This document shows positions 45,460-55,682 of a stretch of 64,000 nucleotides of DNA, one piece after another (within the stretch, counting starts at the first letter, position 1; each line of letters opens with the position of its first letter). Both the position numbers and the translations under genes were made by a program. The DNA is taken from contig CASDUJ010000004.1 in the NCBI GenBank assembly GCA_949283935.1, positions 7,872 to 71,871 on the forward strand, written 5' to 3'. The notes beneath the pieces are model-generated. The model was not told where the DNA came from, did not search any database, and saw nothing but the letters and a program-made list of their open reading frames with translations. This stretch comes from an uncultured bacterium (lineage in GTDB: Bacteria > Cyanobacteriota > Vampirovibrionia > Gastranaerophilales > JAILCC01).

Positions 45460-48246
45460 ATGTTCATAAACAAATTAAACTTCTTTAATAAAGCTAAAAT
45501 ATTAGAATTTGAGCCTCAGCATGAAAATTCGTCTGTTAATTATGTTTGTGAAAATAAATCTGAAATAGTTTCCCCTGAAACTGCTACTGCCTTAAAGGCA
45601 ATAAATTTTTCTAAACAAGTTGATTACACTTTTTTAAGAAACATAAAAATTCCTCATTTGAATCTTAGTGCTAATTTATATCTTTTAAAAAATGGACAAA
45701 AATGTCTTATAGCTAAAAAAGATGGCCCTTTTGTCATAAAGACATATTTTAAAGTTGGTTCTATGAATGAACCTGATAATCTTAGAGGGATTAGTCACTA
45801 TATCGAACATAATTTATTTAATGGTTCAGAAAATTTAAGTTCCTCAGAATTTGTTGAACGTGTTAATAGAATGGGCGGCAAATATAATGCCTCGACAGGT
45901 TTTATAAGCACAAGTTATTATATTCAATCACCTTTACATACATCAGGTGATTTAGAAGATTTTATAAAAATGCATGCGGATATGATATCAAAGCCAACTT
46001 TTGCTCAAAATATGTTGACTAAAGAAAAAGGTCCTGTAATTTCTGAAATTCAGATGTTAGGAGATAATCCCTATAATCTTGCCACCAATATTGCATTAAA
46101 AAATCTTTTCAGAATAAAAACGCAAAGTAGTGATTTAATAGGTGGAAGCGTAAAAAATATTGATAATTTAACCCGAGATGATGTAGTTAATTTTTACAAA
46201 TCAAATTACGATCCGAAAGATGCTTTAACAGTTGTTATTGGTGATGTAGATGAAAGACAAACTTTAGATTTGCTAAGCCAAAATTTTTCTGATTTTATAA
46301 GTACTGAAAAACATTCTAAATACCATGAGAAATTTTCTCCAATCAATAAAACTATAAGGCAAGATTTATATTCACCAAATACCCAATCTACTGTAATAAA
46401 TCTTGCTTTTGCAGGTCCAAAAAATGACAAAAATAAAATGGCCGTAAATTTACTTTTATATGCTCTAACTGGTTATAAGAACGCTCATTTAACAGAAGCT
46501 ATGAAAAAATTAAATTTAGAAGTTTCGTCAAGTCTTGAATTTATAAACAATGCTGCAAATGATCCAAGTGTTATTTTGTTTTCTACGTGTGTGCCGGAAA
46601 ATAATCACGAAGAAGTTTTAAAATTGATGTATCAAAAAATTTATGAAATGGCTTTTTTGCCAATTACTGAAGATGAATTAAACACTATAAAAGATAAAAT
46701 GAGAAATCAATACAAATATACTTCTGAATCTAATTTAGATTTAGCTACTTTATTAGGTTCCAGCTTTGTAAATGAAAATAATTTTGATAGTTTGACGGAA
46801 TTTGATAAAAACTTAAATGCTGTTACACAGCAAGATATTATGAATGCCGCAAAGTCTTTTCTTGATTTAAATAAAGTTTCTATGGCACTTGTACACCCAA
46901 TAAAAAAACAAAATGTAAGCTTTACAGGTTCTATAGATAACAAATTAGATATAAAAAACTACAAGACCTTAAACAATGCAGAAATTTCAATTTTAAATTC
47001 TCCTAATTCACAATTATATTCATTAAACTTTATTTTAAGGGCTAATATAATACCTGAAAAATCTCCAATTTCGTTAATTTTAGCTAACATGCTTTCTAAA
47101 GGTACTTCTTTAATGGACGAAAAAGAATATTATGACATAGAGGACAAAAACAATATAATTAGTGAGCCAAGTGTAAATTATAATTCAATTAAACTTGAAT
47201 ATTCTTTCCCGAAAGAAAGTTTAGACATAGTTTTAGACAATCTAAATAAAAATTTATTTTATCCTGCTATAACTTTGGAAAATTTTGAGAAGGCAAAAAA
47301 AGAGATTAAAAATTTTTATTTGTCATATCCTAAACTTGCTTCAGACAGAGCTAATGAAATATTATATTCAGGTACGCCAAAATCATATTCTTTACGTAAG
47401 ATTTATGAAGATTTAGATAAAGTTACTTTTGAAGATGTAGTGAATTATTATAAAAATTTCACGAATAATGCGCAATGTAAAGTTGCACTTAGCGGAGATT
47501 TTTCAGATAAATCTCTTATTGATAAGATATACAATAATATTTCTAATAATGGTAGAAAATTTTTGCCATCAAACACATTAAATGAGCTTGAGATAAAAAA
47601 TATACACAATACAAAAATAATAACTGAAGTTCAAGAAAGAAATCAAGCTGATATAGCTCAACTTTTCAGAATAAAAGAAACTGGAAATATTAAGGATAAG
47701 GCAGCTATTATGCTTTTAAATGAAGTGCTTGGTGGTAATAGTAATTCAAGATTATTTTCAGATTTGCGCGAGAAACAGAAGCTTGCATATCAAGTAAATT
47801 CTTCTTATAATTCAAAAGATAATGAGGGCACTTTAACATTGAGAATATTTACTACCACTGAAGATTCTCAAAATCCAAATCAATTTGAAAATTTACAAAA
47901 GGCTATTGATGGTTTCAGAAAGCATATTGAGAATTTAGTAACGCATCAAATTAAACTAGAAGAACTAGAAGCAGCAAAACTTCAAATAAAAAGCAAATTA
48001 TTATTTGGTTTAGAAACTACTGCAGGCAAAAATGCTATGCTCACAATTTCTATGGATAGTTTATATAGAGAAAAATATCTTGCTAGCTTGTTTAAAGCAA
48101 TAAATGGTATATCGACTGAGGATATAAGAAAAATTGCATCTTATTATTTAACTAATCCTAGTGTTATTTCGGTTATTGCTTCAGATAAAACTATAAAAAA
48201 GAATGAGAAGTATTTGAAGTCGTTAGGAGACTACAAAAAGTTTTAG
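45460..48246 (+). CDS. M16 (insulinase/pitrilysin) family zinc peptidase, double-unit
   Basis: Inverted zincin motif HYIEHNLFNGS (HxxEH). Its length is consistent with two M16 active/inactive domain pairs. The ATG at 45460 has an AGGGAAG RBS. Confidence 0.8.
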   Translation: MFINKLNFFNKAKILEFEPQHENSSVNYVCENKSEIVSPETATALKAINFSKQVDYTFLRNIKIPHLNLSANLYLLKNGQKCLIAKKDGPFVIKTYFKVGSMNEPDNLRGISHYIEHNLFNGSENLSSSEFVERVNRMGGKYNASTGFISTSYYIQSPLHTSGDLEDFIKMHADMISKPTFAQNMLTKEKGPVISEIQMLGDNPYNLATNIALKNLFRIKTQSSDLIGGSVKNIDNLTRDDVVNFYKSNYDPKDALTVVIGDVDERQTLDLLSQNFSDFISTEKHSKYHEKFSPINKTIRQDLYSPNTQSTVINLAFAGPKNDKNKMAVNLLLYALTGYKNAHLTEAMKKLNLEVSSSLEFINNAANDPSVILFSTCVPENNHEEVLKLMYQKIYEMAFLPITEDELNTIKDKMRNQYKYTSESNLDLATLLGSSFVNENNFDSLTEFDKNLNAVTQQDIMNAAKSFLDLNKVSMALVHPIKKQNVSFTGSIDNKLDIKNYKTLNNAEISILNSPNSQLYSLNFILRANIIPEKSPISLILANMLSKGTSLMDEKEYYDIEDKNNIISEPSVNYNSIKLEYSFPKESLDIVLDNLNKNLFYPAITLENFEKAKKEIKNFYLSYPKLASDRANEILYSGTPKSYSLRKIYEDLDKVTFEDVVNYYKNFTNNAQCKVALSGDFSDKSLIDKIYNNISNNGRKFLPSNTLNELEIKNIHNTKIITEVQERNQADIAQLFRIKETGNIKDKAAIMLLNEVLGGNSNSRLFSDLREKQKLAYQVNSSYNSKDNEGTLTLRIFTTTEDSQNPNQFENLQKAIDGFRKHIENLVTHQIKLEELEAAKLQIKSKLLFGLETTAGKNAMLTISMDSLYREKYLASLFKAINGISTEDIRKIASYYLTNPSVISVIASDKTIKKNEKYLKSLGDYKKF

Positions 48247-48523
48247 GTTTTTTCTCCTGTTAAATATTATTAAGCTCAAAATTCCTTTCGTAGGCTAATT
48301 TTACAAATATTAACCATTCTTTACTTGAACTTAAAAATACCTTTTGTGATAATCTTTTTACTAAGTGAGGAAAGGAGTGGTGGCTGTTAACAACTTAAAT
48401 GTGTTGTTTGTGAAAATTATGTTGTATTGTGTTAACTACATTGGGTAAAGTGGTACATATTTTGCGATGAGATTTGATTTTAGTAAATTTAGAGTTGGAA
48501 TGTAGTTAAAAAATTTATGAGAG

Positions 48524-48552
48524 AAAAAACGAACTAATTTGTTCGTTTTTTT
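48524..48552. terminator. Orphan intrinsic terminator in the 400-bp intergenic region
   Basis: Stem AACGAAC/GTTCGTT (48528-48547), loop TAATTT, A run before and T7 after. It lies about 280 nt downstream of the nearest plus-strand stop. Confidence 0.6.
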
Positions 48553-48644
48553 GTTAGATATTAAGTTTAGATAAAGAAATAGACTTAAAATACATTTTTT
48601 CTGTAAAATAGAGACCATAAACATTATTAGAGAGGTAAACAATA

Positions 48645-49448
48645 ATGACAATGGAAAATGTATACATTGATAAAACTGCTCAAATTGGTTCAAATGTTAC
48701 AATTGAGCCTTTTGCTTACATAGGAAAAGATGCTGTTATAGAAGATAATGTTATTATTAAGTCAGGTGCAAGAATTGAATATGCTACAATCGGCGAGGGT
48801 AGCGTTATTTCTACCGGTGCAATAATAGGAAGCGAACCACAGGATTTGGGTTATAAACATGAAGACACAAGAGCTATAGTTGGTAAGTATTGTCAAATTA
48901 GAGAACATGCTACTATAAATCGTGCTTCAGGTGAAGGTAATGTAACAAAAATTGGTGACAAATGTTTAATTATGACGGGTGCTCATATAGCTCATAATTG
49001 CGTTTTAGGTGATGAAGTTATTTTTGCCAATTTAGCTACAATAGGCGGGCATGTTCATGTTGGTTTTGGAGCATTTATAGGGGGAATGGTTGTTGTTCAT
49101 CAAAATGTTCGCATTGGCGAAATGGTTATAGCTAGTGGATTTTCTGCTACTCGCCAAGATATACCTCCTTATGCAAAAGTTGATGGCAGACCTATGACAA
49201 TTGCTGGAACAAATGTTGTTGGTTTAAGGCGTAGAGGTTTATCCCAAGATGAAAGAACTGCAATAAAAAGAGCATACAAGTATTTGTGGTATTCTAATTT
49301 GCCACTTTCTGAAGGTATTCAAAAAGTTAAAGAAAATGTCGAAATGAATAAATATGTTCAAAATCTTTTGGAATTTTGCCAAACTACCAAACGTGGAATT
49401 TATGGAATAAAAAGAAATAATTCTAAAGAACAATTTGCTGAAGAATAG
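48645..49448 (+). CDS. lpxA: Acyl-ACP--UDP-N-acetylglucosamine O-acyltransferase
   Basis: Left-handed beta-helix hexapeptide repeats, then the LpxA C-terminal helical region (NVVGLRRRGLSQDERTAIKRAYKYLW). Confidence 0.85.
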   Translation: MTMENVYIDKTAQIGSNVTIEPFAYIGKDAVIEDNVIIKSGARIEYATIGEGSVISTGAIIGSEPQDLGYKHEDTRAIVGKYCQIREHATINRASGEGNVTKIGDKCLIMTGAHIAHNCVLGDEVIFANLATIGGHVHVGFGAFIGGMVVVHQNVRIGEMVIASGFSATRQDIPPYAKVDGRPMTIAGTNVVGLRRRGLSQDERTAIKRAYKYLWYSNLPLSEGIQKVKENVEMNKYVQNLLEFCQTTKRGIYGIKRNNSKEQFAEE

Positions 49449-49492
49449 TTTGTCTTAAAATAACTGCTTTTAAAAGATACTTTCAAAAATAA

Positions 49493-49512
49493 AGCTGCTC
49501 TTTCAAGCAGCT
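49493..49512 (+). terminator. GC-rich hairpin downstream of lpxA (weak terminator, no U-tract)
   Basis: Stem AGCTGCT/AGCAGCT, loop CTTTCA. Confidence 0.3.
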
Positions 49513-49745
49513 ATTGTGTAACTATTAAGGAAACAATTTATCCTACTATCTATGGTTAGTGATAAAATTATAATATAAAATTTTTTTTATATTTTCAAGT
49601 ATATATTTATTTTTTTTTACATAACTTAATCATTCTGGTGAAAAAATTAACCTATTGTATAAACTAAATTAGAAACCTGAACTATTTTAAAATTATCTCT
49701 CTTTGCATATATTATCTATACGGACATTTGCGAGGAGATATATTT

Positions 49746-50618
49746 ATGCAATTAACTTATAAAGCCCCATGTGCAAAGCTTGTTAAATTAGAAAATTTGT
49801 GGTTTCAGCTGAGTAATGTAGCCTGCAACATTAAATGTAAACATTGCTATCTGGATTGCTATCAAAATACTAAAAAAAAGAATTTTTTAAGTATTGATAA
49901 AGTTATTAATATATTAAAATTTAACTTAAATGATTTGAAAAGAATTTATTTGACCGGAGGAGAACCTTTTTTACATCCTAAAATTAATGATATTTTAAGA
50001 CTTTGTTTGCAAAAATCTAATGTTACTATTTGTACAAATGGAACACTTTTGAACGAAAAGAAAATAAAAGTTTTAAAAAATATTGAAGATGAAACTCATA
50101 ACAAAATTTTAATTCGTTTAAGTTTGGATCATTTTACTGAAGGAAGAAATGATGAGTATAGAGCTAGAGGAGTTTTTAAAAAAGTAATAAATGCTTCTAC
50201 TATTTTACAAAGATATGGCATCAAATATGATTTAATTTGTGTAAATTTAAAAAATGAGGATGAAAATATCCTTAAAAATGGTTTTGTTTCGCTATTTACC
50301 AGACACAAATTAAATTTAGATTTAAATGATATAAAAATTTTACCAATGTTAAAAATGGGAAATTATGCAAAATATTACAATATAAGTGAAATTCATAAAC
50401 ATGTAACTTTTGAAGATATAAAAAATTTTGATATGGAAATATTAGATTGCAAAAATTCACGAGTAGTAACTATAAATGGTATTTACTCTTGTCCGGCTCT
50501 TGTTAATGACCCTAGAGGTAAATTAGGTGAAACATTACAAGATTCTTCTTGTAATGTTTATTTAGAGACACAAACCTGTTTTGATTGTGTAAAAAGACAA
50601 GATAAATTGTTTGGTTAA
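49746..50618 (+). CDS. Radical SAM protein with a C-terminal Cys-rich region; substrate unknown
   Basis: CNIKCKHCY (CxxxCxxC), GGEPFLHP, C-terminal C..ALVND ... C ... C..C. The ATG at 49746 has a GAGGAG RBS. Confidence 0.7.
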   Translation: MQLTYKAPCAKLVKLENLWFQLSNVACNIKCKHCYLDCYQNTKKKNFLSIDKVINILKFNLNDLKRIYLTGGEPFLHPKINDILRLCLQKSNVTICTNGTLLNEKKIKVLKNIEDETHNKILIRLSLDHFTEGRNDEYRARGVFKKVINASTILQRYGIKYDLICVNLKNEDENILKNGFVSLFTRHKLNLDLNDIKILPMLKMGNYAKYYNISEIHKHVTFEDIKNFDMEILDCKNSRVVTINGIYSCPALVNDPRGKLGETLQDSSCNVYLETQTCFDCVKRQDKLFG

Positions 50619-51481
50619 ATAATAACTTTTAAGGGTTTTTTTACATCTTTGAGTTTTTCGTAGAATCTTGAATTTATTTCTCCACCCAATAACAAAATAA
50701 AAGATGTATAGTATAACCAAATCAAAAATATGGCAAAAACCCCCATAGCTCCAAAGAATTTGTTATACATATTTATGTGGTTTAAATATACGCTAAATAA
50801 CCATGAAGAGAGAATCCAAGCAAAGCAAAAGAAAAATGTTCCGGGTAATGCTGCAAAAAACTTTGCTTTTCTGTTCCCTTTGATATTGGGCATAAAATAA
50901 TAATTCACAAAAAAGACGGCATACAATGCAAAAAATATGAACGGCCATCTAAATACAGAAATTAATGACAATGTTATTTGAGGAATTATATTTAAACTTG
51001 TAATATATCCCATGATAATTTTTCCAAAAATAATTGCATTGGTTCCAATAAAAATTACTAAAGCTGTTAAAAACAAAAGTGCTACAGACAGTAATCTTGT
51101 GTACCACAAGGGTCTTGTTTCTTCCAAATGATAAGCTCTATTAAGTCCTTTTATTACTGCAAACATTGCATTTGAAGCTATAAGCATTGCTATGAAAAAG
51201 GTAATTGTTAAAAAACCGCCATTATAGTTAATAATTATTTCTTTTAGCATTGTTATTATATAATCATGCAAATAAGAAGGGATAATTGGAGCAAAATGAA
51301 GTAGTATACTATTTACCAAACTTTCAGATCCAAAAATACTAAATAATGAAACAACAAATATTAAGAATGGAAAAAAAGAAAAAATTGAATAAAAAGCCAT
51401 TTCAGCCGATAATCCTAAAAAATCTTCGCTGAAAACTGATTCTGCTATTGAATATATAAATTTTCCTAATCGTTTTATCAT
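50615..51481 (-). CDS. YihY/BrkB family inner membrane protein
   Basis: LSAEMAFYSIFSFFPFLIF N-terminal signature and about 6 TM segments. Overlaps nrnA by 4 nt. Confidence 0.75.
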   Translation of the reverse strand: MIKRLGKFIYSIAESVFSEDFLGLSAEMAFYSIFSFFPFLIFVVSLFSIFGSESLVNSILLHFAPIIPSYLHDYIITMLKEIIINYNGGFLTITFFIAMLIASNAMFAVIKGLNRAYHLEETRPLWYTRLLSVALLFLTALVIFIGTNAIIFGKIIMGYITSLNIIPQITLSLISVFRWPFIFFALYAVFFVNYYFMPNIKGNRKAKFFAALPGTFFFCFAWILSSWLFSVYLNHINMYNKFFGAMGVFAIFLIWLYYTSFILLLGGEINSRFYEKLKDVKKPLKVII

Positions 51482-52452
51482 TTTTTTACCAATTTTTTTA
51501 CTTCAGGAAGAACAATTTTTAGTGCTTCTTCCAGTGAAGTTTTTAAAATACAACCTGCTGCAAGTTTATGCCCACCTCCTCCAAATTGTGCGCATAAAGA
51601 TGAAACATCTAAAGTTTTACTTCTAAAGCTAAATTTTGCTTCGTTTTTTATTGTTTCTTTAAGCACAAATGAAATTTCAACGCTTTTTGCTTGTCTTAAT
51701 ATTTCAGGAATACCTTCTAAATGTTCATCTAGTGCATTAAATTTTTTCAACATGTTTCTGTCTACTACAGTATAAGCTATTTTGTTATCTTCTAAAAATT
51801 TTGCATCATTTATCGCTTTTGCAGAAATTTTGAACATTTCTATTGGCCTTTTCTCAAAACAATATTCGTATATTTCGTGAGAATTTGCTCCTAGTTCTAC
51901 TAACTGCGAAGCACAACGAAATGTATTTGCAGTTGTATTAGAATATCTAAATGCTCCTGTGTCGGCTAAAATTGCTGTGTACAGGCAAGTTGCAGCTTCT
52001 GTTGAGATTTTTAATTTCATCTTTTGAGCTATGTCAAAAACTAATTCTCCACAGCTTGATAAATTTCCGTCGATTATGTTTATATCTGCATATTGCGGGT
52101 TTGTTATGTGATGGTCTATGTTAATCTTAAATTTTGCTTTGTCAAAAATTTTTTCAATATATCCCATGCGATTTTTTGTTGCACAATCTATTGCTATTGC
52201 TAAATCATAGCAAGATATAGTTATTTCTTTATTGGTTAAAATTGCTTTATTTATGTTAGGTAAAAATTTGTAAACATCAGGAATTTTATGTTGGATTACA
52301 AAATGTACATTTTTGTTAGCAAAATTTTTACATATTAAAGTTGCTAATGCAACTGTTGAACCTATTGTGTCTCCATCTGGGCCTATGTGGGAGACAATTA
52401 AAATGTTCTTGGCTTCTTCTATTTTGTTTATTATTTGTTTATATCTTTCCAA
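51478..52452 (-). CDS. nrnA: DHH/DHHA1 phosphoesterase (NrnA-like oligoribonuclease / pAp phosphatase)
   Basis: SHIGPDGDTIGS, NIDHHITN (DHH), GGGHKLAAG (DHHA1). Confidence 0.8.
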   Translation of the reverse strand: MERYKQIINKIEEAKNILIVSHIGPDGDTIGSTVALATLICKNFANKNVHFVIQHKIPDVYKFLPNINKAILTNKEITISCYDLAIAIDCATKNRMGYIEKIFDKAKFKINIDHHITNPQYADINIIDGNLSSCGELVFDIAQKMKLKISTEAATCLYTAILADTGAFRYSNTTANTFRCASQLVELGANSHEIYEYCFEKRPIEMFKISAKAINDAKFLEDNKIAYTVVDRNMLKKFNALDEHLEGIPEILRQAKSVEISFVLKETIKNEAKFSFRSKTLDVSSLCAQFGGGGHKLAAGCILKTSLEEALKIVLPEVKKLVKK

Positions 52453-52487
52453 TTTCTTCCTCTCTTTTAATATATAAATCTTAGCAC

Positions 52488-52518
52488 AAAAAAAGAGATT
52501 CTCATTTAGAGAACCTCT
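52488..52518 (-). terminator. Intrinsic terminator downstream of rpsA
   Basis: Imperfect hairpin AGAG-a-TTCTC / GAGAA-c-CTCT. On the minus strand it is followed by a U7 tract (A run at 52488-52494). Confidence 0.6.
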
Positions 52519-52536
52519 TTTTTTTATAATGAATAC

Positions 52537-53673
52537 CTATTCTACTACAGCAGTTTCTTCTTCATTAGTTGTTTCTGGTATATATTCGCCACGTTTTGCA
52601 AGTTCTACGTCTTTTAAACTTAACCCTATTCTATGTTCTTGAGGAGTAAAACGTTTTATCAATACTTCAATTTCATCTCCAACATTTACTATGTTGTAAG
52701 GATTAATTTGACCTTCTCCCATTTCAGCTGCAGGAAGTAAAGCTTCAACTCCAGGGAAAATATTTATAAAAGCACCAAAAGATGTAATTTTGTTTACTTC
52801 TCCTGTAACTATTTGTCCTTCTTTAAATTTCCCTTCAATTTTTGTCCAAGGATTTTCTCCCATTCTCTTCAATGAAAGACTTATTCTGTTAAGTTCGCTG
52901 TCAATTTTTAAAATTCTTACTTTGATAGTTTTACCTAATTGAAGTACATCTGCAGGATGTTTAATACGTTGCCAAGATATTTCTGAAATTGGTAAAAGGC
53001 CATCAACTCCATTTATGTCTACAAAAGCACCAAAATCTGCTATTCTTACAACTTGACCTTCCACTTCTTGGTCTACTTCCAAATTGTTTATTACTCCCTC
53101 AACAATTTGTTCTCTTTGCTCTGCTAGGGCAAGTCTTTGGCTTAAAATTAGCTTGTTTTTCTTTGGATCTGATTCTATTACTTTTACTTCTAATTCTTTG
53201 CCTATTAAGCCTTCAAATGGAGTACCTGTTCTTAATTGACTGGATGGAACAAAGCCTCTCAAATCCATTACTTCTACAACTACTCCACCTTTCACCAAAG
53301 CAGCTACTGTAACTTTTATTGTTTCGTTGTTTTGACGTGCTTTATCAAGTTTCTCCCAATTTTGTGCAAGAGATACTCTTTTTAATGACAAAGTTATAAC
53401 TCCATCTTCGTCTTCTTCTTTAAGAATTAAAAATTCTCGTTCATCTCCTATTTTAAGTCCATTTTCAGCATCTAAATCTGTTTTTGAAACTTCTCTTAAG
53501 GGTAATACTGCTTCTGATTTAGCTCCTATGTCAACAAGAATTTCTTTGTTGTCCATTTTTACAATTTTACCTTTTACTAAATCAGCTGCTTTAAACGAAT
53601 AATTGAATGATTGATTTAGTAATTTTTCAAATTCAGTCATTTCTACCTCGTTTTTAACCAATGTTCTACTCAT
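52537..53673 (-). CDS. rpsA: 30S ribosomal protein S1 (four S1 domains)
   Basis: Four repeats of the S1 OB-fold pattern (G..V.G.V ... GAFV.I .. G..GL.P.SE). Overlaps ispH by 4 nt. Confidence 0.88.
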   Translation of the reverse strand: MSRTLVKNEVEMTEFEKLLNQSFNYSFKAADLVKGKIVKMDNKEILVDIGAKSEAVLPLREVSKTDLDAENGLKIGDEREFLILKEEDEDGVITLSLKRVSLAQNWEKLDKARQNNETIKVTVAALVKGGVVVEVMDLRGFVPSSQLRTGTPFEGLIGKELEVKVIESDPKKNKLILSQRLALAEQREQIVEGVINNLEVDQEVEGQVVRIADFGAFVDINGVDGLLPISEISWQRIKHPADVLQLGKTIKVRILKIDSELNRISLSLKRMGENPWTKIEGKFKEGQIVTGEVNKITSFGAFINIFPGVEALLPAAEMGEGQINPYNIVNVGDEIEVLIKRFTPQEHRIGLSLKDVELAKRGEYIPETTNEEETAVVE

Positions 53674-54563
53674 TTTATATTTTCTCCTTTCGATTCAATT
53701 GCTCTAATAACATTGTTAATTATATATTCTGGAGTTGATGCTCCTGCTGTTATTCCTATGCTATTTGCTTTTGCTATTAAATTATTGTAGTTTTCTATTT
53801 CTTTTTCTGTTTCTATGTGAATTGTTCGAGTAATTGTGCTCAAAATTTCGCTTAAATGTGATGTATTAGCGCTGGTTTTACTTCCTACTACAATCATCAA
53901 GTCTACCTCTTGAGCTAAAGTTTTAGCTTCACTTTGCCTGTTAGATGTTGTTTTGCAAATTGTGTTGTATACCTTTAATTCTTTAGCGTATTGTGAAACT
54001 ATTGCAAGTATATTTTGTAAATTTTCTGTCTTTTGCGTAGTCTGAATTACAATCCCTATCTTTTTGGCATTTTTAATTTCTTCTTTGTAATGTAATACAT
54101 CGTCTGCTGAAGCAAGTACAATTGCATTTTCATTTGTGTTTTCTTCTGCATGTGCTTTTATTGCTATAACTTCAGGATGATTGTTTTTTCCTATTATTAT
54201 AAGTTTGTAGCCCTCTTCTATTAAAGACTTAGCTTTTTCCTGAACTTTTTTGACATCAACACAAGTTGCATCTAATATTTTGCAACCTTTTGCCTTGATT
54301 TTATTTATGTCTTCTGGAGTAGCCCCGTGAGTTCTGATTACGCATATGGAGTTTTGAGGATCTTTAATTTCTTCTACATCTTGGATGACCGTTATACCAA
54401 GACTCTTTAAGTTTTCTATGACTTGGTTGTTGTGTATCAATTCTCCTAATATAAAGACATTTTTTTCAGGATTTTCTTTTTTTATATTCGTTGTTAAGTC
54501 AAGAGCTCTTTTTACACCGTAACAAAAACCTGCTAGATTTGCTTTTTTTATAATTTTCTTCAT
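53670..54563 (-). CDS. ispH: 4-hydroxy-3-methylbut-2-enyl diphosphate reductase
   Basis: FCYGVKRA, IRTHG, DATCVDV, ICKTTSNRQ and GSKTSANTSHL motifs with the three cluster Cys. Confidence 0.88.
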   Translation of the reverse strand: MKKIIKKANLAGFCYGVKRALDLTTNIKKENPEKNVFILGELIHNNQVIENLKSLGITVIQDVEEIKDPQNSICVIRTHGATPEDINKIKAKGCKILDATCVDVKKVQEKAKSLIEEGYKLIIIGKNNHPEVIAIKAHAEENTNENAIVLASADDVLHYKEEIKNAKKIGIVIQTTQKTENLQNILAIVSQYAKELKVYNTICKTTSNRQSEAKTLAQEVDLMIVVGSKTSANTSHLSEILSTITRTIHIETEKEIENYNNLIAKANSIGITAGASTPEYIINNVIRAIESKGENIK

Positions 54564-54688
54564 TAAGAAGACTTGCCTGCCATTTCATTAAATTTAAGCA
54601 ATTTATGCTTATGCTGTTAGTATTACACAAGAAAAATTTTATGTAAACATATAATTTTGTGTTACTATGTAAATGTGGAGGTATTATT

Positions 54689-55117
54689 ATGGAATCTAGA
54701 ATTAGCAAAGCGTTGCAAAATCACAAATCTGGACTAAATTGTGCTCAAGCGGTTGTTTGTACCTATGCAGATATTTTTGGTGTTGATGAAAAAACAGCTT
54801 TTATGTTTGCAGAAGCTTTTGGTGCAGGAATGGGTTCTATGCAAAATACTTGCGGAGCTATATCTGGATTGTTAATGCTTTTAGGCTTACAAAATAGTAG
54901 TGGTTGTGTTGAAAAAATTACAAAAGCTTCTACTTATAAAATTGCTAAAGAATTAATTGAAAAATTTAAGTTGAAAAATGGTTCAACTATTTGCTCTGAG
55001 CTGAAAGGTTTAGGGGGAAAATCTATGCTTAGAGCTTGTGACGGATGTATTGAAGATGCTTGCAAAATATTTGAAGAATTTGTTTTTGCGGCTAGTGATT
55101 CAAAAATTGAGGCTTAA
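54689..55117 (+). CDS. C_GCAxxG_C_C family putative redox-active protein
   Basis: GLNCAQAV, NTCGAISG, ICSELK and C..C.. spacing typical of the family. The ATG at 54689 has a GGAGG RBS. Confidence 0.7.
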   Translation: MESRISKALQNHKSGLNCAQAVVCTYADIFGVDEKTAFMFAEAFGAGMGSMQNTCGAISGLLMLLGLQNSSGCVEKITKASTYKIAKELIEKFKLKNGSTICSELKGLGGKSMLRACDGCIEDACKIFEEFVFAASDSKIEA

Positions 55118-55133
55118 TTTTAAGCAAAAAAAA

Positions 55134-55166
55134 ATCCTCCTTTGTTGGGAGGGTACACATTTTTTG
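55134..55166 (+). terminator. Possible intrinsic terminator after the C_GCAxxG_C_C gene
   Basis: Stem CCTCC/GGAGG (55136-55152), with a T6 run starting 8 nt downstream. Confidence 0.35.
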
Positions 55167-55397
55167 CATTTAATCGCCGTTATGTGTTGTGAAGGTAGTG
55201 TTAGGTTGTTATTTTAATTTTATAATTAGTGCCTAAATAATTACTCACTCTATTAATATAAAAACTTTGCCGGAATAATAATTGCTTTTTTATAAATACA
55301 AATGTTAATAATTGTTACATGTTGTGTTGAAATAACAGAATTTTTTTATTTTAATTTGATTGTATATGTGCGAAATATTTTAGTTATTGGTAGATTT

Positions 55398-55682
55398 ATG
55401 TTTATTAGCAAAATAAATTCTTTGTCATTTAATTCAAAAAAACAATTGCTTTTTCCAATTGAAACACAGGTTGTTTCTTACAATCTTGGGAAAAAAAATA
55501 CAAATACTAAAGACACTTATTATACTTATTGTAATGGGGATAGAATGCTTCATAGAAAAGCATTAGATGGGAATTTGACAACTTTTATTCTTTATAAACG
55601 CGACAAAGGATGCATTGTATATCAAGAAAACGGTATATCTGATTTTGTACCAGATTTTATGATTCCACGAGAAAATGATTAG
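55398..55682 (+). CDS. Hypothetical small protein (about 94 aa); weak call
   Basis: Internal ATG at 55398. No convincing RBS and no motif. Confidence 0.25.
   Translation: MFISKINSLSFNSKKQLLFPIETQVVSYNLGKKNTNTKDTYYTYCNGDRMLHRKALDGNLTTFILYKRDKGCIVYQENGISDFVPDFMIPREND

Noticed and set aside
48436-48693. 85-aa minus-strand ORF upstream of lpxA
   Set aside because: It overlaps the lpxA start and its RBS, spans the orphan terminator, and gives a low-complexity hydrophobic translation with no RBS.
52989-53312. 107-aa plus-strand ORF inside rpsA, and similar ORFs inside the GH57 gene (43633-44198), accC and efp
   Set aside because: They are antisense or out-of-frame overlaps of strongly supported conserved genes, with repetitive Leu/Gln-rich translations.
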